Assembly: GCA_965222375.1 (NCBI GenBank)
Contig: CBDCTZ010000013.1
Span: 160,001 to 224,000, forward strand
DNA length: 64,000 nucleotides
Direction: 5' to 3'
DNA from: Polyangiaceae bacterium
GTDB lineage: Bacteria > Myxococcota_A > Polyangia > Polyangiales > Polyangiaceae
Shown here: in pieces, positions 41,229 to 54,531 of the stretch
Layout of the letters: each line of letters opens with the position of its first letter
Position numbering within the stretch: the stretch's first letter is position 1
Program-made: the position numbers and the translations under genes
Notes under the pieces: model-generated
The model's database searches: none
The model's input: the letters and a program-made list of their open reading frames with translations, nothing else
Told to the model about the DNA's origin: nothing

Positions 41229-42596
41229 TCACTCTCCCGCCGCATGCTCGGCGCGGAACTCCTCCACCACGCGCTCCACGGTGCGCGTGGTCATGGTCGC
41301 CGCAACGACTTCGGGATCCAGGAGTAGCTTCTGGTGAAGGGCAACATTGGTACGGATGCCACCGACAATCAGCTCGTCCAGGGCCCGCTGCATCCGGCTG
41401 ATGGCGATTGCGCGCGTTTTGCCGTGGGTTATCACCTTGGCCAGCAGGGAGTCGTAGTGCTGGGGCACCTTCCAGCCCCCGAACACTCCTGAATCCACGC
41501 GCACCCCGGCGCCTCCGGGCGGATGGTATTCGTTGATCAAGCCCGGCCAGGGAGCGAGGGTGATCGGGTCCTCCGCCACGATGCGGCACTCCACTGCGTG
41601 GCCTCGAAACTTCCAGGGGCGAGTATCCGGGAGGTCGAGGCGCTCCCCTGCGGCTGCGCGAATTTGTTCCACCACCAAGTCGACTCCGGTGACCATCTCC
41701 GTAACGGGGTGTTCGACCTGAACTCGGGTGTTCATTTCCATGAAGTACAGGGCACCATCCTCGTCCATGAGGAACTCGAGGGTGCCCAGGGTCGTGTAAC
41801 CCGTTTCGCGTACGGCGCGGCGAACCCGCTCGCCCATTTGCGCTCGCCGCTCTTCGGTCATGGCCGGACACGGCGCTTCCTCCAGGATCTTCTGGTGTCG
41901 GCGTTGCAGGCTGCATTCCCGCTCACCCAGGGTCCACACCTGGCCATATTGATCTGCCAACGCCTGGAATTCGACGTGGCGCGGTCGCTCAATGAAGCGT
42001 TCCAGGTACATCTCGGCGTTCTTGAAGGCGGCAAGCGCCTCGGCAGATGCGGACTCGAACGCCCGCCGAATTTCGCAGGCCTCCCGCACGATGCGCATGC
42101 CGCGCCCCCCCCCGCCACCTCGAGCCTTGAGCATGACCGGAAAGCCAACCCGCGCAGCCTCCCGCTCAGCGTGGTCCACGTCCTTAAGAGCCTCACTGCC
42201 GGGTAGCAGCGGCAGGTCGAACTGCTTGGCGATCTCCCGGGCGCTGAGTTTGTCGCCCCAGCGTCGCATGGCCTCCGCTGTGGGACCGATGAAGGAAAGC
42301 CCACAGTTGGCAACGACCTGAGCGAAGGCAGCGTTCTCGCTGAGGAATCCGTATCCGGGATGGATGGCGTCCGCGGCGCTGATCTCTGCAGCGGAAATGA
42401 TCGCAGGGATGTTCAGATAGCTTTGCGCTGCAGGTGGTGGCCCGATGCACACGGCCTCGTCGGCAAAGCGCGTGTGCAGTGCGCCTTCGTCTGCGGTCGA
42501 GTGCACGACGACTGTCTGGATCCCAAGTTCACGGCAAGCGCGGATGATGCGCATCGCGATCTCGCCTCGGTTCGCTATCAGAATCTTCTTGAACAT
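41229..42596 (-). CDS. accC: Biotin carboxylase
   Basis: [48 protein letters not shown]. Confidence 0.97.
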   Translation of the reverse strand: MFKKILIANRGEIAMRIIRACRELGIQTVVVHSTADEGALHTRFADEAVCIGPPPAAQSYLNIPAIISAAEISAADAIHPGYGFLSENAAFAQVVANCGLSFIGPTAEAMRRWGDKLSAREIAKQFDLPLLPGSEALKDVDHAEREAARVGFPVMLKARGGGGGRGMRIVREACEIRRAFESASAEALAAFKNAEMYLERFIERPRHVEFQALADQYGQVWTLGERECSLQRRHQKILEEAPCPAMTEERRAQMGERVRRAVRETGYTTLGTLEFLMDEDGALYFMEMNTRVQVEHPVTEMVTGVDLVVEQIRAAAGERLDLPDTRPWKFRGHAVECRIVAEDPITLAPWPGLINEYHPPGGAGVRVDSGVFGGWKVPQHYDSLLAKVITHGKTRAIAISRMQRALDELIVGGIRTNVALHQKLLLDPEVVAATMTTRTVERVVEEFRAEHAAGE

Positions 42597-42619
42597 GCGT
42601 CTTGCAGCCGCTTTTTGGG

Positions 42620-43060
42620 CTAGCGCAGCTTGAAAAGCTTTTGACCGAACTCGACGCTCTCGCCGTTTTCGACGAGGATTTCCTCGATCGTGCCCGCATG
42701 CTCTGCCTCGATCTCATTCATGAGCTTCATGGCTTCGACGATGCAGAGCACCTGGCCCTTCCGAATTGATGCTCCGACTTCGACGAAAGGGTCTGCATCG
42801 GGAGCAGGCGCACGATAGAACGTGCCGACGAAAGGTGACGTCACGTACTGACTGGCGTCCTCCTTGGCGGCGGGGGGCGATGGCGCTGCGGCCACGGTTG
42901 ACGCATTCGGAGCCGCCACTACCGGCCCACTGGCAGCGCGAGAAAACGAAAGGCGCAACTTCAGCTTCTCGTCTTCGTACTCCATCTCCTGAACGCCGCC
43001 TTCATCCAGCGTCGCGATCAGGTTACGCAGCTGCTTGAGAGAGATCTCCATCTTCGCCAT
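42620..43060 (-). CDS. accB: Biotin carboxyl carrier protein
   Basis: [17 protein letters not shown]. Confidence 0.97.
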   Translation of the reverse strand: MAKMEISLKQLRNLIATLDEGGVQEMEYEDEKLKLRLSFSRAASGPVVAAPNASTVAAAPSPPAAKEDASQYVTSPFVGTFYRAPAPDADPFVEVGASIRKGQVLCIVEAMKLMNEIEAEHAGTIEEILVENGESVEFGQKLFKLR

Positions 43061-43166
43061 CCTCGCGATCTTCCCGGCAACTTGATGGCGCCGCGAGTGA
43101 TCGTCAGGCGCAGAAGGCTAGTCGCGACGCATGGACAGGACCAAGCCAATTCGCCTGCGAAAACAG

Positions 43167-43721
43167 CTACGCGCCGCTATCGCCGCCGGTGGCTAGGCGA
43201 AGGCTTCGCACTAATGCCTCGAGGCCCAACACGTAGGAGTCAGCGTGAAAGCCCGCAACTCGCCCAAGGCACGCAGGCGCGACAAGGGAGTGACGTCGGA
43301 ACTCCTCCCGGGCGTCGGGATTGGAAAGGTGAACTTCCACGGCAGGGAGCCCACAGCCTTTGACAGAGTCAAAAAGGGCGTAAGAGGTATGCGTCAGTGC
43401 ACCCGGGTTGATGACGATTCCGTTGAAGCGCTCGTCGGCCGCTGCGTTCATCCAATCGACCAACAGGCCCTCATGGTTGCTCTGCCGACACACCACTTCA
43501 ACGTCCAGTCCCCGCGCGGCCTCCGTCAGCCGCGCATGGATCTGTTTGAGGGTCGTAGTGCCGTAGATCTGCGGCTCACGCTTGCCGAGGCGGTCGAGAT
43601 TCGGACCGCTGAGCACCAGGATGCGGAGCAGCGCCGGGGACCGGCGCCGCCGGGGTGCCGTTGACCGCGGAGATCGGGCGCGAGGCCCCTTCGCGCCGCG
43701 ACGCGATCGGGCTTGCGCCAC
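43167..43721 (-). CDS. aroQ: Type II 3-dehydroquinate dehydratase (start uncertain)
   Basis: GPNLDRLGKREPQIYG, QSNHEG, NPGALTHTS, EVHLSN, REEFR. Confidence 0.93.
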   Translation of the reverse strand: MAQARSRRGAKGPRARSPRSTAPRRRRSPALLRILVLSGPNLDRLGKREPQIYGTTTLKQIHARLTEAARGLDVEVVCRQSNHEGLLVDWMNAAADERFNGIVINPGALTHTSYALFDSVKGCGLPAVEVHLSNPDAREEFRRHSLVAPACLGRVAGFHADSYVLGLEALVRSLRLATGGDSGA

Positions 43722-43725
43722 GCGC

Positions 43726-44085
43726 CTACGCGAGCTCCTCGTGCAGCTTGGGAGCGGCCACGCGCAACAAGAATCTGCCCTTCCCGAGGTTCCCATCCGG
43801 AGTGAGCGTCAGCGCGATGAAGTAGTTTTCGTTGATCACGCGAATCAGCGTAATCAGGCGCCCGCTCTTGAACGCGACCTCTTTGGTATCGCCCGCCTCC
43901 AGCATTTCCGTAGCTCGCTGGATGGCCTTGACGACCACGCTGACCTCGGCGCCGACGGCTTCGATATCGAAGCGAGAATCCTCCAGCGCGTAGCTCTCCA
44001 GGGGGATGCCTTCGAAATCCATGAGCAGGCTGGCAAGCCCGCCGTCGGTCCCATGGACCACCCCTTCGAGCGCTTGTTTGAACAT
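43726..44085 (-). CDS. mglC: Roadblock/LC7 protein, MglC-like
   Basis: LMDFEGI and DGNLGKGRFLLRVAAPKL resemble Myxococcus MglC as I recall it; position upstream of accB-accC fits. Confidence 0.8.
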   Translation of the reverse strand: MFKQALEGVVHGTDGGLASLLMDFEGIPLESYALEDSRFDIEAVGAEVSVVVKAIQRATEMLEAGDTKEVAFKSGRLITLIRVINENYFIALTLTPDGNLGKGRFLLRVAAPKLHEELA

Positions 44086-44454
44086 GGTCCAGAAGCCTAT
44101 CCCCTTTGTCCCGATCCGTGAACGTTTCTGCCAAGCGAGGCGCTGCTCGAATCATGCCCAAACCCCGCTTCGGAGGAGGCCGGCGCTCGGGCCGATCTTG
44201 ACAGCTCCAAGCTACAACAAGAATGTATGTAAATTCCAACACTTACAGACGGATACCCGAACACCCGTGCGGGGCCCTGGGAAATTGTTCAATCCATGGG
44301 TTGCACCCGGGCGGCGGTTGGGGGATGAGCTCCAAGGAGATCTGCCCTCAGACGTCCTTGACCCCCCTGACGTCGAGCGGCTACGTTCCCCTTCCCTGAG
44401 CCCGGGACACCAGGGTTCCATGACATCCCTTATCCAGAGAGAGCGTTAGCGATC

Positions 44455-46278
44455 ATGCGTGCGCGCGCGGGAGATCCTCCCCGCACAATGACTCAGAAGG
44501 TCCTCGCGGGCCGAGCGGACAACCCCGACCTCAAAGACGACGTCGTCCGCGTGAAAGTCGACCAGGTCATCTTGGCTCGCGAGCCGAATCGCGTCTTGGC
44601 GGAAGCCCTCGACTTCGGTCTGAAGAAATGCAGCATCGAAGCGGCTGTCGCCTACGATACTCGTTGTGTGACGGCCGAAAGTGAAGAGCCCAGCCTGGCG
44701 GCGCCAGAACGGGTCTCTCGCGCCGTCTTGCAGAATAACATCCTCATCGCTCGACCTGGAATCGGCTTTCCAGCGGCGGTGCATTTGGAGCGCTTCGGAA
44801 GCCCCGCGCGCCTGGCCATTACCGACGAGCCTCGATTGGCGTCCGTTGGCGGTGCAGGAATGCTCACGTTGGTTGCAGCCCCCTCACAGCTCGCCGAGGC
44901 GCTGACCCACGGCACAATCTGGTTGAGGCCTCCGCGCAGTGTTCAGGTGCTGCTCTCGGGACGTATCCGCCCCTTCGTGTGCGTTCGCGACGTCGCGCTC
45001 GAGCTCATTCGGCGCGGACTAGGGGACATCATCCGCAAAGTCGACAATGAGAATCAAGCGCCGGTGGTGATCGAATTTGCGGGACCGAGCGCGCGCCTGC
45101 TCTCGGTGCCGGACCGAGCCGTGCTGTGCGCCCTCGCTCCGCAGCTGGGCGCGAGCGCCGCGCTCTTCGTCAGTGATGAAAAAACCGAGGTGTACCTGCG
45201 TGACCAGCGGCGCAGCAAAGCCCATCGCAGCCTGCTGCCGGACCCCGGTGCTCCCTGCGACGACGTGATCAGCGTGGATTTGAGTGCGGTAGACCCGCTG
45301 GTGATGGACGAATCCGGCGACGTGCGTCAGGTCCGGGAAGTTGCCGGTAAGCCCGTATTCCAGGTGGTCCTAGGAGGAGATTCCGGCGCCTCCCTACGAG
45401 ACTTGCTCGCCGCAGCGGCCCTGCTGAAGAGCAAGCGCGTACCACCGCGTTTGGACTTCCTACTCGCCCCGCCCTCCCGCCAAGCCCTGGAGGTTCTGGC
45501 GAACTCCGGTGCGTTGGTCGATTTGATCGCAACGGGGGCACGACTGATCGAACCGGATCACCGCCTGGTCACCGGTGAGCTGTACCCGCCCCCCAAGGCA
45601 GACGGAGTCTCCCTTCGCACCTTCGATCCCGAACCGGGAGCGCCGTCAGATCGTCGCTTCATCGTGGCTTCCGCCGAGACCATCGCTTACGCCGTCGCAT
45701 CCGGCCAGCTCGGAGACCCGCGCAGCTTCAAACGCCCCGTGCGTGTCACAGTCCCGCGAACCTTGCCCACAGACGACGTCCTAATCTTGAGAAAGGGCAA
45801 AGGAAAGGCGAAGGACGGTTTGGAGGGCGCGAAAGCCCCACCTGCGAAGCAACCTAAACCAGCAGGCTGGGCCAAGTCGGAAACCCTTCCGGTCGTCGAG
45901 TCAACCATTGTTCCCGCCGAACCAAGCGTCATGGTGCTCCGGTCTCTCGACTCCGTGCGCTGGGCTGCGCGCCACGCCGCGAGTTTGGGCGACAACCTAC
46001 GCGCCGTCGTGGCAGAGTACATTCCAAGCGGCGTGATCCCGCTCTTCGCCGGGCTCGGAGTGCTCGCTTTGACGACGGACGAATCCAGCCTTGGCAAGAT
46101 CGCAAGCGAGGGAAGCCTAACGCTGCCGGCTGCCGACCATTGGAACGGAATCGAACCCGCCCAGGCCGCCACTGGGAAGTCGGAGGTCAGCCTCCGCTGG
46201 GAAGCCTTGGACGCTGAACGCAAGTGGACGGTCGCCGGCACCGCCCGCACAGCCCCCGCGCTTAAATCCAAGAGCTGA
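44455..46278 (+). CDS. Aconitase/LeuC-family protein with degenerate Fe-S motifs
   Basis: TMTQKVLA, PGIG...H, P.SVQV.LSG, IEFAGP, DR.VLC, DLSAVDP, A.AVASG.L.DPR. Confidence 0.8.
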   Translation: MRARAGDPPRTMTQKVLAGRADNPDLKDDVVRVKVDQVILAREPNRVLAEALDFGLKKCSIEAAVAYDTRCVTAESEEPSLAAPERVSRAVLQNNILIARPGIGFPAAVHLERFGSPARLAITDEPRLASVGGAGMLTLVAAPSQLAEALTHGTIWLRPPRSVQVLLSGRIRPFVCVRDVALELIRRGLGDIIRKVDNENQAPVVIEFAGPSARLLSVPDRAVLCALAPQLGASAALFVSDEKTEVYLRDQRRSKAHRSLLPDPGAPCDDVISVDLSAVDPLVMDESGDVRQVREVAGKPVFQVVLGGDSGASLRDLLAAAALLKSKRVPPRLDFLLAPPSRQALEVLANSGALVDLIATGARLIEPDHRLVTGELYPPPKADGVSLRTFDPEPGAPSDRRFIVASAETIAYAVASGQLGDPRSFKRPVRVTVPRTLPTDDVLILRKGKGKAKDGLEGAKAPPAKQPKPAGWAKSETLPVVESTIVPAEPSVMVLRSLDSVRWAARHAASLGDNLRAVVAEYIPSGVIPLFAGLGVLALTTDESSLGKIASEGSLTLPAADHWNGIEPAQAATGKSEVSLRWEALDAERKWTVAGTARTAPALKSKS

Positions 46279-46336
46279 TGGATCTTAGCGGCTCCGGCCG
46301 CCGAGTGGAATTCACCGCCCGGGACGCTTATGCTGT

Positions 46337-47083
46337 GTGACCATGAAACGAGGGTGCCTGCTAGTCGCGTTGCTGCTGACTTCGCCGCTCCACGCGGCGG
46401 AACCTGACGCCGCTGAATCCACTGCCGAAGGTTCCCTACCTGCGACCAGTGAAGCAGCGGAAACGAATTCGGATGCGCCGGCCACGCCGCCGAGCCCTCC
46501 CGACGAGGATGGCCCGGGCGAAGGCGACCGCACCTACTCTCACGCGTCTCAATTCGGCCTTCGAGTCAACGTCGTCGGCGGCTACCGCATGATCTTCCGC
46601 TACGATTCCTCACCGTTTTGCAGCGAACCCGACCCGGCCAAAGCGGCGAAAGACCAGCAGAAGTTTTGCGGTCACGTCGCGCCTGTTGGTCTCGACATCG
46701 CGCTTTCCTTCGCGCCCATTGGCGGAGTGGAGCCCTACGTCTGGGCGCGCTTCGGGTTGGATGGCGAACCCGAAACCAACACCAAAGAAGTGTTCATCTT
46801 GGGTGCAGGCGCGCGTCTGTACACGATGAGCGACAGCGCGTTCAAGGTCTTCATCGAGCCCGCGCTCGGCGCCGAGCTCGAAGGTGGCGCCGGCAACCCC
46901 CTCTGGGAACAAAACAACCCGGAGTACAAGAAGGACATCGTTTTTCACGTGGGCGCAGGGCCGCAATATGACGTCGCCCGCGCGGTCGGCATATACGCCA
47001 GTGCAGGCATCACGACGGGCGTGTTGCGCAGCATCCATTCCAACCTCGAGCTGTCTCTCGGCGTGCAGGGGCGCGTACCATGA
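46337..47083 (+). CDS. Exported protein, probable small outer-membrane beta-barrel
   Basis: Signal peptide, low-complexity linker, amphipathic beta-strands ending [10 protein letters not shown]. Confidence 0.7.
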   Translation: MTMKRGCLLVALLLTSPLHAAEPDAAESTAEGSLPATSEAAETNSDAPATPPSPPDEDGPGEGDRTYSHASQFGLRVNVVGGYRMIFRYDSSPFCSEPDPAKAAKDQQKFCGHVAPVGLDIALSFAPIGGVEPYVWARFGLDGEPETNTKEVFILGAGARLYTMSDSAFKVFIEPALGAELEGGAGNPLWEQNNPEYKKDIVFHVGAGPQYDVARAVGIYASAGITTGVLRSIHSNLELSLGVQGRVP

Positions 47084-47571
47084 GCGGCGCAGGGCGGCCC
47101 TTTCGGGTTCTCGGACTGCAGCAAGTGGCCCTGGGCCATGCCAGCAAGTCCGAGCTTTCCAAGCTATGGATCGACCTGCTCGGCGCCGCGAAAGTCTCGG
47201 AATTCCGCAGCGAGCGCGAGAATGTCGACGAAGACGTCACCGTGCTCGGAGTGGGAACGGCGCAGGTTGAAATCGACCTGATGCAGCCCCTGGATCCAGA
47301 CAAGAAACCCCGCGTCCACGAACCACCTCTGAATCACATCGGCCTGTGGGTGGACGACCTGCCGCAGGCGGTCTCTTGGTTGGAAAGCCGGGGCGTGCGC
47401 TTCGCACCAGGCGGGATCCGGTCGGGAGCATCGGGACACGACATCTGCTTCATCCACCCGAAGTCGAACAACGCCTTTCCCCTGTCTGGTTTTGGCGTGT
47501 TGATCGAGTTGGTGCAGGCACCGGCGGACGTCATTGCCGCCTTTGACCGCGAAGCTCAATCGCCGGGCTGA
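47080..47571 (+). CDS. VOC family protein, methylmalonyl-CoA epimerase-like
   Basis: [24 protein letters not shown]...GVLIELVQ; near the mutase gene. Confidence 0.85.
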   Translation: MSGAGRPFRVLGLQQVALGHASKSELSKLWIDLLGAAKVSEFRSERENVDEDVTVLGVGTAQVEIDLMQPLDPDKKPRVHEPPLNHIGLWVDDLPQAVSWLESRGVRFAPGGIRSGASGHDICFIHPKSNNAFPLSGFGVLIELVQAPADVIAAFDREAQSPG

Positions 47572-48089
47572 AGTCGGCTCAACGCTTCCAAGACATCTTC
47601 AATCTCGGCGTGATCTCCGGCGGCCGTAGACACGTGCAAGAAGACAAGTTCGCCGGCGGCATCAAAGACCACGGTGCCACCCTGCTGCCATGGATCGCCC
47701 TGCCGACGTTTCTGCCGGAACCCTGACCGGTATGCGCGCCAGGCGTTGCGCACGGTCGCGAGGTTGAAGGTGTGCCCCAAACCGTGATTCATGCCTAGCG
47801 CCCGGTAGGTGTGACGCGACGGATCCGTGAACACCTTGTCGGAGAGGCCTGTATCTTCTTGAAAGCGCTGCGCGTGCGCTGGAGCTCCATTGCCGATAAT
47901 TGCGAGGCGCCCGCCCCGCGACGTGATCTCCGCCTCTGCGTCGCGCAACTGCGCGACCTGCTCTTGGCAGAAGAGTCACCCAAAGTGCCGAACGAAACCA
48001 ATCACGATGGGCCCTTCCACCCACAGACGCTCCATGGCCACGGGCCTGCCCTCGGGCGAAAGCAGCTCCAAATCTCCGACCTCATGCAT
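47556..48089 (-). CDS. AhpC/TSA-2 (PRXL2/SelU-like) peroxiredoxin-like selenoprotein with UxxC motif
   Basis: ATG 48089 with AGGGAG RBS reads ...[19 protein letters not shown] (TGA at 47976-47978), continuing in frame into IIGNG...[11 protein letters not shown]...QGDPWQQGG. Confidence 0.85.
47928..47975 (-). promoter_or_regulatory. Candidate bacterial SECIS element
   Basis: Hairpin GTCGCGC-AGTT-GCGCGAC (47940-47957) with a TCTGC/GCAGA lower stem, immediately 3' of the in-frame TGA. Confidence 0.65.
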
Positions 48090-48128
48090 GCTCCCTAGAT
48101 AGGGGCATTTGTCGGCAAGCGGAAGTGG

Positions 48129-48962
48129 GTGTGGCGTCCACGCGCACATCTCGTTATCACTCGGCGCGTGTGGAGTTTGGAGCGAGCCGGCGAAGGCAAG
48201 ACGCTATTTGGTATGGTTCATCTTCTGCCGCTGCCGGGAAGCCCGAATGCAACCAGCCTCTCAGAGGTGGTAAGCCGCGCTCGCAGCGATGCGGAGACTC
48301 TTCTGAGCGCCGGCTTCGCTGGTCTCGTGATCGAAAACTTCGGCGACGCCCCGTTTTATGCTCGGCAGGTGCCGCCGACTACGGTCGCGTGCATGACTGC
48401 GGTGGCCACCGAGCTGCGCCGCGTATTTCCAGATGCTGTTTTGGGCATCAACGTGCTTCGCAATGACGCCTCTGCCGCCTTGGCCGTCGCGGCCGCCGCC
48501 GCCGCAGACTTCATCCGCGTCAACGTGCACTGCGGCGTCGCCTACACGGATCAGGGACTCGTAGAAGGCAACGCCCACGAGACCTTGAGGCTGCGTGCCA
48601 GCCTCGACGCTCGCGTGCTCATTGCTGCGGACGTGGGTGTCAAACACGCTCTGTTCCCGCCTGGCTTCGACCTGGTCCAGAGCGCCCGGGACACCGCTTA
48701 TCGTGGGCTTGCAGACGCGCTGATCGTCACCGGATGCTCCACGGGAGCGGCAGCGGACCCCGCAGCGTTGGAGGCGGTGCGTAAAGCCGTTCCAGATCGT
48801 GCCCTGTGGATTGGCAGCGGGCTCACCGAAAATACTGCGCAAGCGCTTCTAGCCCGAGCGGACGGCGCCATCGTAGGCACGGCTGTGAAGGAAAACGGCG
48901 ACGTGCTCGCGGCTGTGGACGCAGCCCGTGCGCGCGAATTTGTCGCTGCCGCGCGAGATTAA
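48129..48962 (+). CDS. BtpA/SgcQ family protein (start uncertain)
   Basis: [51 protein letters not shown]. Confidence 0.92.
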   Translation: MWRPRAHLVITRRVWSLERAGEGKTLFGMVHLLPLPGSPNATSLSEVVSRARSDAETLLSAGFAGLVIENFGDAPFYARQVPPTTVACMTAVATELRRVFPDAVLGINVLRNDASAALAVAAAAAADFIRVNVHCGVAYTDQGLVEGNAHETLRLRASLDARVLIAADVGVKHALFPPGFDLVQSARDTAYRGLADALIVTGCSTGAAADPAALEAVRKAVPDRALWIGSGLTENTAQALLARADGAIVGTAVKENGDVLAAVDAARAREFVAAARD

Positions 48963-49038
48963 GGCCACTTCGATTCAAAGCCTCATATTTGCTACAACCC
49001 GGTTGCACCGTCTCGAAACCGGTGCGGGAGCGAAAACT

Positions 49039-51186
<2,148 letters not shown>

Positions 51187-51195
51187 AAACCTCCC

Positions 51196-52194
51196 ATGGT
51201 GATCGACGAATACTCGGATCTGGACGCCCTGGCTCAAGGGGTGTTGGACAAGAAGCGTCGCAGCCTGGCCAAAGCCATCACTCTCGTCGAAAGCCAACGC
51301 GCCGATCACGAGGTACTGGCAGAAGAGCTCGTTGCGCGCCTGCTTCGTCATGCCGGGGGCGCGCGAAGGGTGGGCGTCAGCGGCGTGCCGGGGGCGGGCA
51401 AGAGCACATTCCTCGAAGCGTTGGGATTGAAGCTCGTTGACGACGGCTTCAGCGTAGCAATCTTGGCGGTGGACCCCTCCAGCCGGGTCTCCGGCGGGAG
51501 CATTCTGGGCGACAAGACTCGAATGCCGCGTCTTGCAGCCAAACCGGAGTGCTTCATTCGCCCAAGCCCTACCTCGGGTACTCTCGGGGGCGTCGCTCGC
51601 AGAACCCGAGAAGCCATGTTGCTTTGCGAGGCGGCTGGTTTCGATGTGGTTCTCGTCGAGACCGTTGGTGTTGGCCAAAGCGAACACGCAGTGTTCGGGC
51701 TGGTGGATAGCTTTCTACTACTGACTCTGGCCGGCGCAGGTGACGAACTCCAAGGGATCAAGCGTGGCATCTTGGAATTGGTGAACGTGGTCTGCGTCAA
51801 CAAGGCCGACGGAGATAATGCGGCGCGGGCACAGCGCGCTGCGGTGGAGATGAAGAGTGCGCTTCGGCTGCTGCGCAGCGCCGACTGCCCTGAAGTGATT
51901 CCCACCAGCGCACTGACCGGTGACGGGATCGGACAAGCCTGGTCAGCGTTGGAAGCACATCGAAGAACCCTGGAGAGTTCCGGGCAGCTCGCCGCTCGCC
52001 GGGCCAAGCAAGACAGTGAGTGGCTTCGGATCTTGATTCGCGAGGGCCTGGAGCGGGCGCTGCAAGACCACCCCCGGGCCGCCAGCATTCAGGCTGAAGT
52101 CAGCGCAGCGGTGGAAGCCGGCCGCCTGAGCCCTGGCCGCGCCGCTCGCCAAGTCTTGGAGGAGTTATTTAAGTCGCCCCCGCAGCGCGCCTGA
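51196..52194 (+). CDS. meaB: Methylmalonyl-CoA mutase-associated GTPase (copy 2)
   Basis: LAKAITLVES, GVPGAGKST, GGSILGDKTRM, ETVGVGQSE, GDELQGIKRG. Confidence 0.95.
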   Translation: MVIDEYSDLDALAQGVLDKKRRSLAKAITLVESQRADHEVLAEELVARLLRHAGGARRVGVSGVPGAGKSTFLEALGLKLVDDGFSVAILAVDPSSRVSGGSILGDKTRMPRLAAKPECFIRPSPTSGTLGGVARRTREAMLLCEAAGFDVVLVETVGVGQSEHAVFGLVDSFLLLTLAGAGDELQGIKRGILELVNVVCVNKADGDNAARAQRAAVEMKSALRLLRSADCPEVIPTSALTGDGIGQAWSALEAHRRTLESSGQLAARRAKQDSEWLRILIREGLERALQDHPRAASIQAEVSAAVEAGRLSPGRAARQVLEELFKSPPQRA

Positions 52195-52399
52195 ACGCGG
52201 CGCGCCCTCGAGACAGGTCAAACTGACGTCGGGAGGTCTGCGGTGCGGATGGAAGTCGCAAACGCCGTAGTCAGAGGCGCCGCCCGTGACGACCCTATCG
52301 ATTCTGCCGTCGAAGGTCTCCGACCGGCGGGTTGAAGTGTACGCCAACGCCGTGCCCCGGTTCTTAACTTGCAGCGATTGGCCTCGAGGGCTCGAGCCT

Positions 52400-54304
52400 T
52401 CAAACGTCTAGGCCCTGAGCCTCTTCAGCGCGGTCCATGATGAAGTGAAACCGCGCAGACGGGTCCTTGCCCATCAGTTCGCTCACGATTCGGTCGGTTT
52501 CCAGGGCGTCCTCGATGTTGACCCGGACCAGTGTACGCGTCGCCGGATTGAGTGTGGTGTCCCAAAGCACCTTGGGCATCATCTCTCCCAGGCCTTTGAA
52601 ACGAGTGATCTCGGCTTTCGCGCTGGCCTTGACCTTCGACGCGAGAATGCGCTCCTTGTCCTCGTCGTCCTTGGCCCAAAACGTATCGCTTCCAGCATCG
52701 ATGCGATACAGAGGCGGAACCGCAACGAAGAGCTTGCCTTGCCTGATCAGCTCCGGCAGGTGTCGATAGAAAAACGTGAGCAGCAGCGTGGTGATGTGGT
52801 TGCCGTCACTATCCGCGTCTGCCAACAACACGATGCGATCGTAGCGCAGCTTGGCCATGTCCAGCACTGGCCCCACCCCACAGCCCAGAGCGGTGACCAG
52901 ATCGGCGATTTCCTTGTTCTCCAGCACCTTCGCCAGACCCAGGCTCTCGGTGTTCAACACCTTGCCCCGCAGGGGCAGCACAGCCTGACGGTTCCGATCC
53001 CGCCCTTGTTTGGCGCTGCCCCCGGCGGAGTCTCCCTCGACGATGAATAGCTCCGTGTCCCGCCGATCTGTGTTGATGCAATCACTGAGCTTGCCAGGCA
53101 GGGTCAGCTTGCCAGTCGTGGCGGTCCGCCGAGTGATGGCGGCGCTGGCCGCCCTAGATGCTTCCCGTGCCCGAGCCGCCAGAATGATCCGATGAACCAC
53201 TTGTTCGGCAACGCTGCGGTTCTCGTTCAGCCACTGCTCCAGGACGGGACGCACCGCACCGTCAACGGCTGCCTGGGCCTCAGGGTTGTTCAGCCGGTCC
53301 TTGGTCTGACCTTGGAATTGCGGCTCACCGAGGAACACGCTCAGCACGCCGACTAGACCTTCGCGAATGTCGTCGGCGCTCAGATTGACACCGCGAGGTG
53401 TGAGGTTGTGAGTGTCGATGTAGTTGCGCACCGCCTTGACCAGCCCCGCGCGCAAACCATTCTCGTGCGTCCCGCCGCTGCCCGTCGGGATGCCGTTGAC
53501 GAAGCTCCGCACGTGTTCGTCCGTTGCTTCGGTCCAGCGCAACACCACTTCGACGCGCATGCCGTTGTCCCGAAATAGCGAGAAGGTCGTGTCATGCACG
53601 CTGCGCGCTTTGCGGTCCTTCAAGATCTTGTCGAGATACTCGACGATGCCCTTCTCGTGGCAGAAGACCGACTTTTCACGCTGCGCTTCGTCAATGAAGA
53701 CGACCTTCATGCCGCGATGCAGGAAGCTGGCTACTTCGAGCCGCTCGCGAATCATGTCGGCGGAAAACACGGTCTTGGGGAAGACCTCGGGATCCGGTCG
53801 AAAGAACACCGTGGTGCCCGTACCCCGGGCCTTGCCCAGCTTCTTCAGCTTGCCGATGGCTTTACCCGCGGAGAAGCGCATTTGGTACTCGGACCCGCCA
53901 CGTTTGACGTTCGCGACCAACTCGCTGGAAAGCGCATTCACGACGCTCGCGCCGACACCGTGCAGACCGCCGGCAGTCTTGTAGTTACCTGGCTCGAACT
54001 TCCCACCCGCGTGAAGGGTCGAAAAGATGATCTCGAGGGCGGGCTTCTTGTGCTTGCGATGCATGTCCACGGGAATGCCACGCCCGTTGTCGCTGACGCT
54101 GACGGATTGGCCATCCTTGTGCAGAGTCACGCAGACCTCGGAGGCGTGGCCATCCATCGCCTCGTCCACGCAGTTGTCCACGATCTCCCAGACCAAGTGA
54201 TGCAACCCCGCGGCACCAACGCCGCCGATGTACATGCCAGGTCGCTTGCGAACGGGTTCGAGGCCTTCGAGGACGGTGATGTCTTCCGCGGAGTATCGGG
54301 TCAT
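52400..54304 (-). CDS. parE: Type IIA topoisomerase B subunit (ParE-like)
   Basis: EGLEPVRKRPGMYIG, GLHGVGASVVN, EGDSAGG, PLRGK, DADSDG, RFKGLGEM; 634 aa with no long GyrB insert. ParE versus GyrB needs a phylogeny. Confidence 0.75.
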   Translation of the reverse strand: MTRYSAEDITVLEGLEPVRKRPGMYIGGVGAAGLHHLVWEIVDNCVDEAMDGHASEVCVTLHKDGQSVSVSDNGRGIPVDMHRKHKKPALEIIFSTLHAGGKFEPGNYKTAGGLHGVGASVVNALSSELVANVKRGGSEYQMRFSAGKAIGKLKKLGKARGTGTTVFFRPDPEVFPKTVFSADMIRERLEVASFLHRGMKVVFIDEAQREKSVFCHEKGIVEYLDKILKDRKARSVHDTTFSLFRDNGMRVEVVLRWTEATDEHVRSFVNGIPTGSGGTHENGLRAGLVKAVRNYIDTHNLTPRGVNLSADDIREGLVGVLSVFLGEPQFQGQTKDRLNNPEAQAAVDGAVRPVLEQWLNENRSVAEQVVHRIILAARAREASRAASAAITRRTATTGKLTLPGKLSDCINTDRRDTELFIVEGDSAGGSAKQGRDRNRQAVLPLRGKVLNTESLGLAKVLENKEIADLVTALGCGVGPVLDMAKLRYDRIVLLADADSDGNHITTLLLTFFYRHLPELIRQGKLFVAVPPLYRIDAGSDTFWAKDDEDKERILASKVKASAKAEITRFKGLGEMMPKVLWDTTLNPATRTLVRVNIEDALETDRIVSELMGKDPSARFHFIMDRAEEAQGLDV

Positions 54305-54531
54305 GGCTGGGGCGGGCTTTTTCGGAGGGAGCTAAGCGCGCCGGGGGTGGCGCGGCCGGAACCTGCCACAATTGCGCGAACTTTCGCCACTTTGGCTCCG
54401 GCTCTGGCTCCCAGGTCGTGGAAATGGTTCAGCTTTGCCAAACCGGCCCGGTTTGTGGTCCGACCGCAGTGGAACTAAGAATTGATATGCATCCCAGCGG
54501 ATGCACTGCCCGTTTTTCGACTGCGGTTTTC

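Noticed and set aside
44228..44247. TGTAA-N10-TTACA dyad in the divergent mglC/aconitase-like gap
   Set aside because: The arms are only 5 bp and I cannot assign a factor, so it is too weak to call.
52165..52403. Short ORFs between meaB and the topoisomerase gene
   Set aside because: About 60 aa, no RBS or recognisable motif, and they overlap neighbouring genes.
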